NCBI RefSeq assembly: GCF_048594475.1
Contig: NZ_JBMDXT010000162.1
Location: forward strand, 2,093 to 66,092
From: Nakamurella sp.
GTDB lineage: Bacteria; Actinomycetota; Actinomycetes; Mycobacteriales; Nakamurellaceae
DNA length: 64,000 nucleotides
Direction: 5' to 3'
Within the stretch, counting starts at the first letter, position 1. Every line of letters begins with the position of its first letter. The translations under genes and the position numbers were made by a program. The notes under the pieces are model-generated. The model did not search any database. It had not been told where the DNA came from and saw only the letters and a list, made by a program, of their open reading frames with translations. Shown piece by piece: positions 8,791-17,392 of the stretch.

Positions 8791-10112
8791 CGGCCGGCCC
8801 CCTCGACCGTCCCTCCGAGGATGCCGGTGACCGGCCCCAGGGGCGCGCCGGACGGCCCGGTGCCCGCCGGCAGCCGGGCGGCGACCCGGAAGCCGCCGGC
8901 GCCGGTCGGCCCGGCGGAGAAGTCACCGCCGGCGATGGCCACCCGTTCGCGCAGGCCGGCCAGCCCGTGCCCGCCCATCTCCGCGGGCGGCTGAGGTCCG
9001 CCGGCGGCCGATCGGACCCCAATGCCGTCGTCCTCGACGGCGACCGTGACCTTCTCCGGCTCCCACTCGATCGTCACGGCGACCCGGGCGCCGGACCCGA
9101 GATGCTTGGTCACGTTGGTCAGCGCCTCCTGGATCAGCCGGTAGGCGGCCAGGTCGACGCTGGCGTCCAGGCGGTGCGGCTCGCCGGTGATCTCCAGCGT
9201 CGCGGTGACCCCGGACGACCGCACCGCGGCGAGCATCGGATCCACCTGGGCCAGCCCGGGCGTGGTCGCCCCGCTGCTGGCCACCGCGTCGGACTCGCGC
9301 AGCAGCGCGAGCAGGCGGCGCAGCTCCCCCATCGCCCGCTGGCCGGAGTCCTCGATGAGCGAGAGCGATTCGACGGCGCGATCCGGATCGGACCGCACGA
9401 CGCGCTGGGCGCCGGCGGCGTGCAGGACCATGATCGTCACCGAGTGGGCGACGATGTCGTGCAGCTCCCGCGCGATGCGCAGTCGCTCGACCGAGACCGC
9501 CTGGTCGGCGATCTGCCGCTGCTCGGCGACCTCGTGCTGGTGCGCGGCCTCGATCTCGTCCAGCCGACGCTGGTGCCGGCCGGTCCACCAGCCGAACGTC
9601 CAGGCCAGGACGGCTCCGGACCCGTAGAAGACGGTCGCGCCGACCGCCGAGGTCAACCGGCCGGATGCCGACGCATGGACCACGGCGCCGCCGATCAGCA
9701 GCGCGACGGGCACCGCCGCGGCCACCAGGCACCAGAGCGAGACCCGCGGCGGGCGCAGCTGGGCGACCGCCGCCAACGCCACCATCGGGACCAAGTACGG
9801 GAAGTAGTACTCGGTGGCCAGCAGCGGCGGCACGGACAGCACCACGGCGGCGACGAACACCGGAACCGGCTGCCGCCAGCGCAGCGCCAGCAGGGCGATG
9901 CCGGCCGCCGCGTACACCAGGATGGCGATCCGGTCGGCGACGTCGACCCCGTCGACGCGCAGGAGGCGGGAGAACACCAGGACGTCGGCGAGGAAGACCA
10001 GCGGGAGCACGATCAGGTCGATACGGTGCGTGATTCCCCAGCGACCCGGTCGGGTCGCGGCCGGCCCCTCGCCCGACCCGGTCAGCACAGCCACCAGAAG
10101 ATAGTGCACCAA
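8787..10112 (-). CDS. HisKA_3-type sensor histidine kinase with multi-TM N-terminus and no large external loop
   Basis: H-box RIARELHDIVAHSVT. HATPase motifs QEALTNVTKH, VEDDGIG, GHGLAGLRERV. About 5 closely spaced TM helices. Start is TTG 10112 or GTG 10109, inside the end of the upstream gene. Confidence 0.9.
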   Translation of the reverse strand: MVHYLLVAVLTGSGEGPAATRPGRWGITHRIDLIVLPLVFLADVLVFSRLLRVDGVDVADRIAILVYAAAGIALLALRWRQPVPVFVAAVVLSVPPLLATEYYFPYLVPMVALAAVAQLRPPRVSLWCLVAAAVPVALLIGGAVVHASASGRLTSAVGATVFYGSGAVLAWTFGWWTGRHQRRLDEIEAAHQHEVAEQRQIADQAVSVERLRIARELHDIVAHSVTIMVLHAAGAQRVVRSDPDRAVESLSLIEDSGQRAMGELRRLLALLRESDAVASSGATTPGLAQVDPMLAAVRSSGVTATLEITGEPHRLDASVDLAAYRLIQEALTNVTKHLGSGARVAVTIEWEPEKVTVAVEDDGIGVRSAAGGPQPPAEMGGHGLAGLRERVAIAGGDFSAGPTGAGGFRVAARLPAGTGPSGAPLGPVTGILGGTVEGAGR

Positions 10113-10579
10113 TCGAAGGGATCGGCCGTCACGACCTTCACCGGAATGGCGGCCGGTCGGTCGGGTCCGGTCGCCGGCGACGGGATCGGTGCCGGTTCAC
10201 CCCCGGCGTGCACGCCCAGCTCCCGCAGGGTCGACCACATGGACCGACCCTCGCGCCAGGCCCGCTCGAGGGCGGCCCGCGGAACGACGACCGACACGGC
10301 GGACGGGACCGGCTCGGCCAGCCGGACCATGGCGACCTGCCCGGCCGGCGGCACCGACCGGTCGGCGGGCTCCGCGATCCGTTCCTCGATCAGCAGGATT
10401 TCCGCGACCGGCCACGCCGCGCCGTCGACGACGACCACGAGGTCGCCCGGCGGTTCCAGCAACCGGCCCGGCTCGACGTGGGCGACGAACGCGTCCCGGT
10501 GCAGCAGCACACCGGGCCAGCGGGCATCCGCCGCGGCCGAGAGCAGCCAGCCGCGCGGCGCTGCACCGTGGTTCGACAA
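10082..10579 (-). CDS. Hypothetical 165-aa protein, first gene of the kinase/regulator unit; ends in Trp/Cys-rich DWCTIFWWLC
   Basis: TTG start preceded by GGGAGG-N6. GC3-rich throughout. No known family recognised. By hand alignment it resembles the C-terminal about 200 residues of the 885-aa protein at 38501-41158. Confidence 0.65.
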   Translation of the reverse strand: MSNHGAAPRGWLLSAAADARWPGVLLHRDAFVAHVEPGRLLEPPGDLVVVVDGAAWPVAEILLIEERIAEPADRSVPPAGQVAMVRLAEPVPSAVSVVVPRAALERAWREGRSMWSTLRELGVHAGGEPAPIPSPATGPDRPAAIPVKVVTADPFDWCTIFWWLC

Positions 10580-11055
10580 TTCTGACCTCCCACCATCAGG
10601 CGTTCACCCCTCCCCGTCACGACGCGACCACCCCAATCGCGCACCCCTCGCCCGCGACTGGCGTTGATGACCGCTGCCCGGGGCGACGCACCGACCCTGC
10701 TGGCACTGCGGGGCCAGTGTGGTCGGCGGGACGGTCGGGACACATCAGGCTGCGCGGGGACTTGCGACGGGGTACCGGGGACACAGCCGCACCGGGCGGG
10801 TATGCCTGAGGTCATACGCCGAACGGGTGGCCGGCCCCGGCGCGAGCCGATCCGGGCCGCGGCCGGCGCCCACGGCCCCTGGCCGGGAGACGTGCCGGAT
10901 CCCCGCGGGGACAGCGGCCGCCCCGAGACCGGGCGGTGGCAGAACGGCGGGTGGCAGAACGGCCGTCACCCGACCCGGCCCCCGGGTCGGCGGCGGGCCG
11001 CCCGGATCCGCCGGGCGAGAGCGCCCAGGGCGTCAGCCTGCGGAAAGCGGGTGAC

Positions 11056-11099
11056 GAGCAGGCGGTCCCGAGCGCGCCGAGCAGGCGGTCCCGAGCGCG
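11056..11099. repeat. Direct duplication of a 21-nt unit GAGCAGGCGGTCCCGAGCGCG (period 23)
   Basis: Two identical copies at 11056-11076 and 11079-11099, in the non-coding gap. Confidence 0.8.
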
Positions 11100-11114
11100 G
11101 GACACCGGCCGGCG

Positions 11115-11159
11115 GTCGGACCGTCAGCTCGTCGGACCGTCAGCCGGTCGGACCGAACC
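11115..11159. repeat. Tandem GTCGGACCGTCAGC units spanning the stop codon of the reductase gene
   Basis: Copies at 11115-11128 and 11131-11144, plus a partial copy at 11147-11159. The second copy contains the TGA (11140-11142, minus strand) of the CDS 11140-11910. Confidence 0.75.
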
Positions 11160-11910
11160 GTTCGACCCGGACGTCGGGCGACGGGCAGCCCAACTCCACA
11201 AGCAACTGGCTGGCGAACTCGGCAAAACCGGCCGACCCGCAGACGAAGGTGGTCTCGTGGCAGGTGGCCAGCGGGCGCAGCTCGTCCACGGTCAACCGGC
11301 CGGCCGGACGGTCGCCGTGCGGCTCCCGGCTGAGCGCGATGAGGGCGCCGGCCGCCGCGAGCTCGTCCGGGAACGGCAGGTCGGCCAGCGTGCGGGCGGA
11401 CACGGCCAGTTGCAGCAACCCCGGCCGGCCCAGCGCCTGCGCGTGCCGCAGCATCGCGATCAGCGGGACCGCGCCGCTGCCGCCGGCGACCCCGATCGCG
11501 GGCATCGCGCCATCCCAGACGAACCAGCCGCCGATGGGCCCGCGGACCTCCAGTTCGTCGCCCGGCGCGACCTCGTCCGCCAGGAAGGGCGAGACCTCGC
11601 CGTCGGGAATGCGCTCGATCCACAGCTCGACCAACGGATCGGACGGCGGGGATGCCACCGAGTACGAGCGTTGCGCGGTGTACCCGTCGGGTGCGCGCAG
11701 GCGCACGACGTAGTGCTGGCCGGGCAGGTGATCGATGCGGTCCCGTACGTCGAGCCGGAGGATCACCGCGTGCGGCGTCGGGTGCATCACCTCGCGGACG
11801 GTGGCCGTGGTCCACCGTCCGGTGGGCGCGGGCGCGAACGCCGGCACCACCCCACCCGGAGCCATCGCCGAGCCGGCCGGCTCCCCGGCCGCCGAACCGG
11901 TCTCAGTCAC
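11140..11910 (-). CDS. FAD/NAD(P)-binding ferredoxin-reductase-type oxidoreductase
   Basis: ORF 11140-11910 (GTG). FNR-like motifs: RSYSVAS (RxYS), GGSGAVP, FVCGSAGF. 8-nt overlap with the upstream Moco-enzyme gene. Confidence 0.85.
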   Translation of the reverse strand: MTETGSAAGEPAGSAMAPGGVVPAFAPAPTGRWTTATVREVMHPTPHAVILRLDVRDRIDHLPGQHYVVRLRAPDGYTAQRSYSVASPPSDPLVELWIERIPDGEVSPFLADEVAPGDELEVRGPIGGWFVWDGAMPAIGVAGGSGAVPLIAMLRHAQALGRPGLLQLAVSARTLADLPFPDELAAAGALIALSREPHGDRPAGRLTVDELRPLATCHETTFVCGSAGFAEFASQLLVELGCPSPDVRVERFGPTG

Positions 11911-12508
11911 CCTGGTACCGCTGTTCCAGCCAGGGGTCGCCGCGGTCGTGGTAGCCGTTCCGTTCCCAGAAGCCCTGCTGATCGTGGTCCAGCAGGGTGA
12001 TCCGGGAGATCCACTTGGCCGACTTCCAGAAGTACAGGTGCGGCACCAGCAGCCGGACCGGACCGCCGTGATCGCGGGGCAGCGGCCGGCCCTCGTGGGT
12101 CCAGACCACCCAGGCCTTGCCGCCGGTGACGTCGGCCAGCGGCAGGTTCGTGGTGTACCCGGTCGACGAGGTGGCCAGCACGAACTGCGCGTCCGGCCTG
12201 GGTCCGGCGGCCGCCAGCAGCGTGTCGACGCTGACCCCGTCGAAGCTGGTGGCCAGCTTCGACCAGGTCGTCACGCAGTGGATGTCGCCCTCGTACCGGG
12301 AGGCGGGCAGCTCGTGGGCCTGCGCCCAGGTCCACGTGGTGGGGGTGTCGACCAGCCCGTCGACGGTGATCGTCCAGCGCTCGGGCTCGATGCGCGGGGT
12401 GACCTCGGCGGTCAGCACCGGCCAATCGGCGCCGACGTCGTACTGGCCCGGGGGCAGGCGCGGATCGCGCTGCCGCCGGCCGGTGAAGCCACGGGTGATT
12501 CCGGCCAA
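11903..12508 (-). CDS. Sulfite-oxidase-family molybdopterin-binding oxidoreductase
   Basis: Last 201 codons of ORF 11903-13813. TTG 12508 is preceded by AGGAGG-N5. Motifs: GDIHCVTTWS (Mo-ligand Cys context) and GGPVRLLVPHLYFWKSAKW. Confidence 0.85.
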   Translation of the reverse strand: MAGITRGFTGRRQRDPRLPPGQYDVGADWPVLTAEVTPRIEPERWTITVDGLVDTPTTWTWAQAHELPASRYEGDIHCVTTWSKLATSFDGVSVDTLLAAAGPRPDAQFVLATSSTGYTTNLPLADVTGGKAWVVWTHEGRPLPRDHGGPVRLLVPHLYFWKSAKWISRITLLDHDQQGFWERNGYHDRGDPWLEQRYQGD

Positions 12509-12576
12509 CGCACCTCCTGGAGCTTGCTCGGCGCGTCCATCATCCCCGACGCCGCCGGCGCCCCGGCAGGCGGTGA

Positions 12577-14106
12577 TCAGCGCGGCTTGATGTGCGGCGT
12601 CAGGACCGGGCAGGCGGCGCAGCGCAGCGCCGGGTCCTCGTGCTCGTGCGGTTCCTCGGCGGCCTCGCCGGTCGCCACCGGGGCCGGGTTGCGGATGGTG
12701 AGCAGCGCGAGCAGTCCGCCGGCCGCGCAGACCGCCCCGGCGATCAGCACCGCCCGGTGGAACCCGGCCGAGATCGACGCGGGGTCGCCGTACGCGGCCG
12801 GGCTCAGGCCGGCCAGGGCGGGCAGCACCGCGACCGCGATCAGGCCGGCGACCCGGGCCACGTCGTTGTTGATCGCCGACGCGACGCCGGCCTGGTGGTC
12901 CGGCGCGGCGGCCAGCACGGTGGAGGTCAGGGGGGCCACGGTGATGGACAGGCCGAGACCGAACAGCAGCATCGGTCCGACGACCGCGCCCAGGTAGGTG
13001 GCTCCGGCGTCCACCCGGGACAGCCAGACCATGGCCAGCGCGGCGACCAGCGGGCCGACCGTCATCGGCAGCCGGGGTCCGATCCGGGCCGACAGCCGGC
13101 CCATCCGGGCCGACAGCAGCAGCATCACCACGGTGATGGGCAGGCTCGCCGCGCCGGCCGCGACCGGGCTGAACCCGGCGACCAGCTGCAGCTGCACGGG
13201 CAGCAGGAACAGGGCGCCGGCCAGCGCGGCGTAGACCGCGAACGTGACCAGATTGGCCGCCGTGAACTGCCGGGACCGGAACAGCCCGAGCGGCAGCAGC
13301 GGCTCCGCGGTCCGGCTCTCGACCAGCACGAACACGCCCAGCAGGAGGGCTCCCGCCACGGTGATCGCGACGGTGACCGCCGGCCAGCCGGTGGCCGGTC
13401 CCTCGGTCAGGCCGTACACCAGGCCACCCAGCCCGACCGACGCCAGCACCGCGCCGGGCACGTCCAGCCGGCCGGTCGCCTGCTCGTCGCGCGACTCCGG
13501 GACGAACCGGCGCGCCAGCACGATCACCACCACGGCGATCGGAACGTTGATCAGGAAGACCAGCCGCCAGCCCCACGGCGCCAGACCCACCAGCACCCCG
13601 CCGACGATGGGACCGAGGGCGGTGGCCACCCCGCCCAGCCCGGACCAGGCGCCCACGGCGGTGGACCGGTCCTCGCGGCGGAACGAGGCCTGGAGGATCG
13701 CCAGCGACCCCGGCGTCAGCAGCGCGGCCCCGGCGCCCTGCAGGGCGCGCATGGCGATCAGCGCGCCGGTCGTCGGGGCGACCGCGCACCCGACCGAGGC
13801 CAGGGTGAACCACAGGACGCCGGCGATGTAGACGCGCCGCCGGCCCATCCGGTCACCCAGCGAGCCGCCGAGCAGCAGCAGCCCGGACAGGGTCAGCGTG
13901 TAGGCGTTGAGCGTCCACTGCAGCGCGGTCAGCCCGCCGCCCAGATCCTCGCCGATCCGGGGCAGCGCGACGTTGACCACCGTCCCGTCGAGCATGGCCA
14001 GCCCGCTGCCCAGCACCGTCGCGGTCAGCACCCACTTGCCCCGGGCCGACGCGTAGACCAGCGCCACGGGCGGGTCCGCCCGGCTCCCGGTGTCCTGACC
14101 CGCCAC
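12577..14106 (-). CDS. MFS transporter, DHA2 family
   Basis: Within ORF 12577-14361. GTG 14106 (GGAGGG-N6) chosen; ATG 14217 is possible. Signatures: LPRIGEDLGG and NAYTLTLSGLLLLGGSLGDRMGRRRVY. Confidence 0.85.
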   Translation of the reverse strand: MAGQDTGSRADPPVALVYASARGKWVLTATVLGSGLAMLDGTVVNVALPRIGEDLGGGLTALQWTLNAYTLTLSGLLLLGGSLGDRMGRRRVYIAGVLWFTLASVGCAVAPTTGALIAMRALQGAGAALLTPGSLAILQASFRREDRSTAVGAWSGLGGVATALGPIVGGVLVGLAPWGWRLVFLINVPIAVVVIVLARRFVPESRDEQATGRLDVPGAVLASVGLGGLVYGLTEGPATGWPAVTVAITVAGALLLGVFVLVESRTAEPLLPLGLFRSRQFTAANLVTFAVYAALAGALFLLPVQLQLVAGFSPVAAGAASLPITVVMLLLSARMGRLSARIGPRLPMTVGPLVAALAMVWLSRVDAGATYLGAVVGPMLLFGLGLSITVAPLTSTVLAAAPDHQAGVASAINNDVARVAGLIAVAVLPALAGLSPAAYGDPASISAGFHRAVLIAGAVCAAGGLLALLTIRNPAPVATGEAAEEPHEHEDPALRCAACPVLTPHIKPR

Positions 14107-14348
14107 GGCCGGCCCTCCGCTCCCCGATCGGCCGGCCCGACCGGCCGACGGCCCCAGTGTGCGCCGCCCGGCCCCGCACGGATCATCGTCGGCGGCGCGG
14201 ATCAAACGCCTCACCATGTGACGGGCGGGGCGCGCGTCGCCGGGTTCGTCCGCGCGGGAGCGCCGAAGCGCGAGACCGGCGACGCCACGGACGGCGTCCG
14301 CGACGATCACGCCCGGCCGAGCGGCCCGACCGATCAATGCCCGGCCGA

Positions 14349-14425
14349 CGTGCCGGGCCAATTTGCCGGGCCGACTTGCCGGGCCGATGTCGCCGGGCCG
14401 ACTTGCCGGGCCGATTTCGCCGGGG
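14349..14425. repeat. About six tandem copies of a ~13-nt unit (TTGCCGGGCCGAY)
   Basis: Read directly between the divergent MFS and lon genes: gtgccgggccaat ttgccgggccgac ttgccgggccgatg tcgccgggccgac ttgccgggccgatt tcgccggg. Confidence 0.75.
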
Positions 14426-14468
14426 GCGAACCGCGGACCAGCGGCGGAACAAACCCACGCGCAAGAGC

Positions 14469-14489
14469 CTTGAGTGCTTCAGACTCAAC
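14469..14489. promoter_or_regulatory. HAIR-type inverted repeat (HspR operator) CTTGAGT-N7-ACTCAAC
   Basis: Matches 13 of 14 positions of the HAIR consensus CTTGAGT-N7-ACTCAAG. Lies 18 nt upstream of the lon ATG. Confidence 0.6.
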
Positions 14490-14506
14490 TCTTGAAGGGT
14501 GTTTCC

Positions 14507-16885
14507 ATGACCGATATCCGTCGCCTGCCGGTGCTGTCCCTGTCCGACGTCGTCGTACTGCCCGGCATGGTGGTGCCGATCGAGCTGGACGAGCCGGCGC
14601 AGGCCGCCCTGGACGCGGCCCAGGCCGCCGCCCAGGAATCCGGCGAGAAGGCCGAGCTGCTGCTGGCGCCCCGGTTGGCCGACCGCTACGCCACCTTCGG
14701 CGTCGTCGCCACCATCGAGCAGGTCGGCCGGCTGGCCGGCGGCGCTCCGGCGGCGGTGCTGCGCGCCGGGCAGCGGGCCCGCATCGGGACCGGCGTGTCC
14801 GGGCCGGGCGCCGCCCTGTGGGTGGAAGCCGAGCTGGTCGGTAACTCCGAGGTCACCGACCGGGCCAAGGAGCTGGCCGCCGAATACAAGTCGCTGGTGA
14901 TCGCCAACCTGCAGAAGCGCGACGCCTGGCAGGTCATCGACACCGTCGAGAAGATGACCGACCCGTCGGAGCTGGCCGACGCCGCCGGCTGGGCGCCCTA
15001 CCTGACCGCCGAGCAGAAGCGGCAGATCCTCGAGACTCCGGACGTCATCGCCCGTCTCGAGCTGCTCATCGAGTGGACGCGGGCGCACCTGAACGAGATG
15101 GACGTGGCCGAGAAGATTCGGGACGACGTCCGCGAGGGCATGGAGAAGTCCCAGCGCGAATTCCTGCTGCGGCAGCAGCTCGCGGCGATCCGCAAGGAGC
15201 TCGGCGAGGGTGAGCCCGAAGGGGCCGAGGACTACCGCGGTCGCGTGGAGCAGGCCGACCTCCCGGAGAAGGTCCGGGAGTCGGCGCTGCGCGAGGTCGG
15301 CCGGCTGGAGCGGGCCAGCGACCAGAGCCCCGAGTCCGGCTGGATCCGCACCTGGCTGGACACCGTGCTGGAGCTGCCCTGGCAGAGCCGGACCGAGGAC
15401 AAGACCGATGTGACGGCGGCCCGCGCCGTGCTCGATGCAGACCACCACGGCCTGGACGACGTGAAGGACCGGATCACCGAGTACCTGGCGGTCCGCAGCC
15501 GGCGGGCCGAACGCGGCCTGCAGGTGGTGGGAGGTCGCGGTTCCGGTGCGGTGCTGGTGCTGGTCGGGCCGCCCGGCGTCGGTAAGACGTCATTGGGCGA
15601 GTCGGTGGCCCGGGCCCTCGGGCGGACGTTCGTCCGGGTCGCCCTGGGCGGCGTGCGGGACGAGGCCGAGATCCGTGGCCACCGGCGCACCTACGTCGGC
15701 GCGCTGCCCGGCCGGATCGTCCGGGCCGTCACCGAGGCCGGGTCGATGAACCCGGTGATGCTGCTGGACGAGATCGACAAGGTCGGCAGCGACTACCGGG
15801 GGGACCCGGCGGCCGCACTGCTCGAGGTGCTGGATCCGGCGCAGAACCACACGTTCCGCGACCACTACCTGGACCTGGATCTCGACCTGTCCGACGTGCT
15901 GTTCCTGGCCACCGCCAACGTGCTGGAGACCATCCCGTCCGCGCTGCTGGACCGGATGGAGCTGATCACGATGGACGGCTACACCGAGGACGACAAGGTG
16001 GCGATCGCCCGCACGCACCTGCTGCCCCGGCAGCTGGAGCGGGCCGCGCTCGCCCCGTCCGAGGTCACGGTGTCCGACGCGGCCCTGCGCAAGCTGGCCG
16101 CCGACTACACCCGGGAGGCCGGGGTCCGGCAGCTGGAGCGGTTGATCGCCAAGGTGTTCCGCAAGGTGGCCACGCAGCTCTCGGCCGGCACGGCGCAGGC
16201 GCCGGTGACGGTCGACGAGGCCGACCTTCGCGGGCTGATCGGCCGGCCCCGGTTCACCTCGGAGACCGCCGAGCGCACCTCGGTGCCGGGCGTGGCGACC
16301 GGACTGGCGGTCACCGGGATGGGGGGCGACGTGCTGTTCATCGAGGCGTCCGCCGAGCCGGTGGCGGACGGAACCGAGCCGGGCAAGGGCTCGAGCCTGA
16401 CCCTGACCGGGCAGTTGGGCGACGTGATGAAGGAGTCGGCGCACATCGCCCTGTCCTTCATCCGGTCCCACCCGGAGGAGGTCGGCATCGCGCCCGGCGC
16501 ACTGAACCGGACCATCCACCTGCACGTGCCGGCCGGTGCGGTCCCGAAGGACGGCCCGTCGGCGGGCGTCACCATGGTGACCGCGCTGACGTCACTGGCC
16601 ACCGGCCGGCCGGTTCGCTCGGATGTCGCGATGACCGGCGAGGTCACGCTCAACGGCAAGGTGCTACCGATCGGCGGGGTGAAGCAGAAGCTGCTCGCCG
16701 CCCAACGGGCCGGGGTGAGCACCGTGTTCATCCCGCTGCGCAACGAGCCCGACCTCGACGACGTGCCCGCCGAGATCCTGGCGAGCCTGACGGTCGTGCC
16801 GGTCGGTGACGTGCGGCAGATCCTCGCCCAGGCGCTGGAGCCGGCGGCCGGGACGACCGGGTCCGAGGTGACCCGGGCGGCCTGA
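14507..16885 (+). CDS. lon: ATP-dependent Lon protease (endopeptidase La)
   Basis: ATG 14507 in ORF 14474-16885. LON N-domain LPVLSLSDVVVLPGMVVPIELD. Walker A GPPGVGKTS. Catalytic Ser context PKDGPSAGVTM. Lys context VLPIGGVKQK. Confidence 0.97.
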   Translation: MTDIRRLPVLSLSDVVVLPGMVVPIELDEPAQAALDAAQAAAQESGEKAELLLAPRLADRYATFGVVATIEQVGRLAGGAPAAVLRAGQRARIGTGVSGPGAALWVEAELVGNSEVTDRAKELAAEYKSLVIANLQKRDAWQVIDTVEKMTDPSELADAAGWAPYLTAEQKRQILETPDVIARLELLIEWTRAHLNEMDVAEKIRDDVREGMEKSQREFLLRQQLAAIRKELGEGEPEGAEDYRGRVEQADLPEKVRESALREVGRLERASDQSPESGWIRTWLDTVLELPWQSRTEDKTDVTAARAVLDADHHGLDDVKDRITEYLAVRSRRAERGLQVVGGRGSGAVLVLVGPPGVGKTSLGESVARALGRTFVRVALGGVRDEAEIRGHRRTYVGALPGRIVRAVTEAGSMNPVMLLDEIDKVGSDYRGDPAAALLEVLDPAQNHTFRDHYLDLDLDLSDVLFLATANVLETIPSALLDRMELITMDGYTEDDKVAIARTHLLPRQLERAALAPSEVTVSDAALRKLAADYTREAGVRQLERLIAKVFRKVATQLSAGTAQAPVTVDEADLRGLIGRPRFTSETAERTSVPGVATGLAVTGMGGDVLFIEASAEPVADGTEPGKGSSLTLTGQLGDVMKESAHIALSFIRSHPEEVGIAPGALNRTIHLHVPAGAVPKDGPSAGVTMVTALTSLATGRPVRSDVAMTGEVTLNGKVLPIGGVKQKLLAAQRAGVSTVFIPLRNEPDLDDVPAEILASLTVVPVGDVRQILAQALEPAAGTTGSEVTRAA

Positions 16886-16921
16886 CCGGCGCCCGCCGAC
16901 GAACGCGGACGGCGGTCCGGC

Positions 16922-16941
16922 CCGGGGATTCATCTCCCCGG
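16922..16941. terminator. Hairpin CCGGGGA-ttcatc-TCCCCGG between convergent genes
   Basis: 7-bp stem read directly, midway between the lon stop and the stop of the acidic-protein gene. No U-tract, so weak evidence. Confidence 0.3.
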
Positions 16942-17012
16942 CCGGGCCGCGGTTCGCCGTCCGGGCCCGCCCCCGGCCCGCTCTGTGCCGGTGGCCGCTT
17001 GCGGACCTCGGA

Positions 17013-17306
17013 TCAGGACGGCTCGGCCGGCGCCGGGTCGTCCGCCGGCACCTCCGGTCGGGTCGGGCCCGCCCCGGCCGCGTCGGCGCCGTCCGATGCC
17101 GATCCCGAATCCGGATCGGACGCCGAATCCGGATCCGATGCCGATGCCGATGCCGCATCCGGCGCCGGGTCGGAGTCCCCGTCGCCGGTGGTCCAGACCT
17201 CGGCCAGTTCCTGCTCGCTGATCGGCACGCCGCCGTAGTCCTCGGTGGCGCCGGCCCGTTCCCGGGCGCCGGCGGAGCCGTCCGGCACTCGCTGCGAATC
17301 GCTCAT
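17013..17306 (-). CDS. Small acidic low-complexity protein (97 aa)
   Basis: Last 97 codons of ORF 17013-18944. ATG 17306 is preceded by GGGAAGGA. The Asp/Ser/Pro-rich tail has DPDS(A/G)S repeats. No family recognised. Confidence 0.55.
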   Translation of the reverse strand: MSDSQRVPDGSAGARERAGATEDYGGVPISEQELAEVWTTGDGDSDPAPDAASASASDPDSASDPDSGSASDGADAAGAGPTRPEVPADDPAPAEPS

Positions 17307-17392
17307 GGCACGTCCTTCCCGTTCCCGGCCGGGCGGGCGAACCGGCCCGCCCCATCGCCGGTCGCTGCCTGAAGTACCCGGCGGGCGCGGGC

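Noticed and set aside
10664-11713. 349-aa plus-strand ORF and neighbours filling the 10.6-11.1 kb gap
   Set aside because: The composition is Arg/Gly/Pro/Ser-rich. The ORF runs antisense into the well-supported reductase gene and has no motif. The gap is treated as non-coding.
12509-13813. Upstream 435 codons of the 636-aa ORF 11903-13813
   Set aside because: Only the last 201 codons show sulfite-oxidase-family motifs, and they have an AGGAGG-N5-TTG start. The rest overlaps the MFS gene in another frame and is Arg/Gly/Pro-rich.
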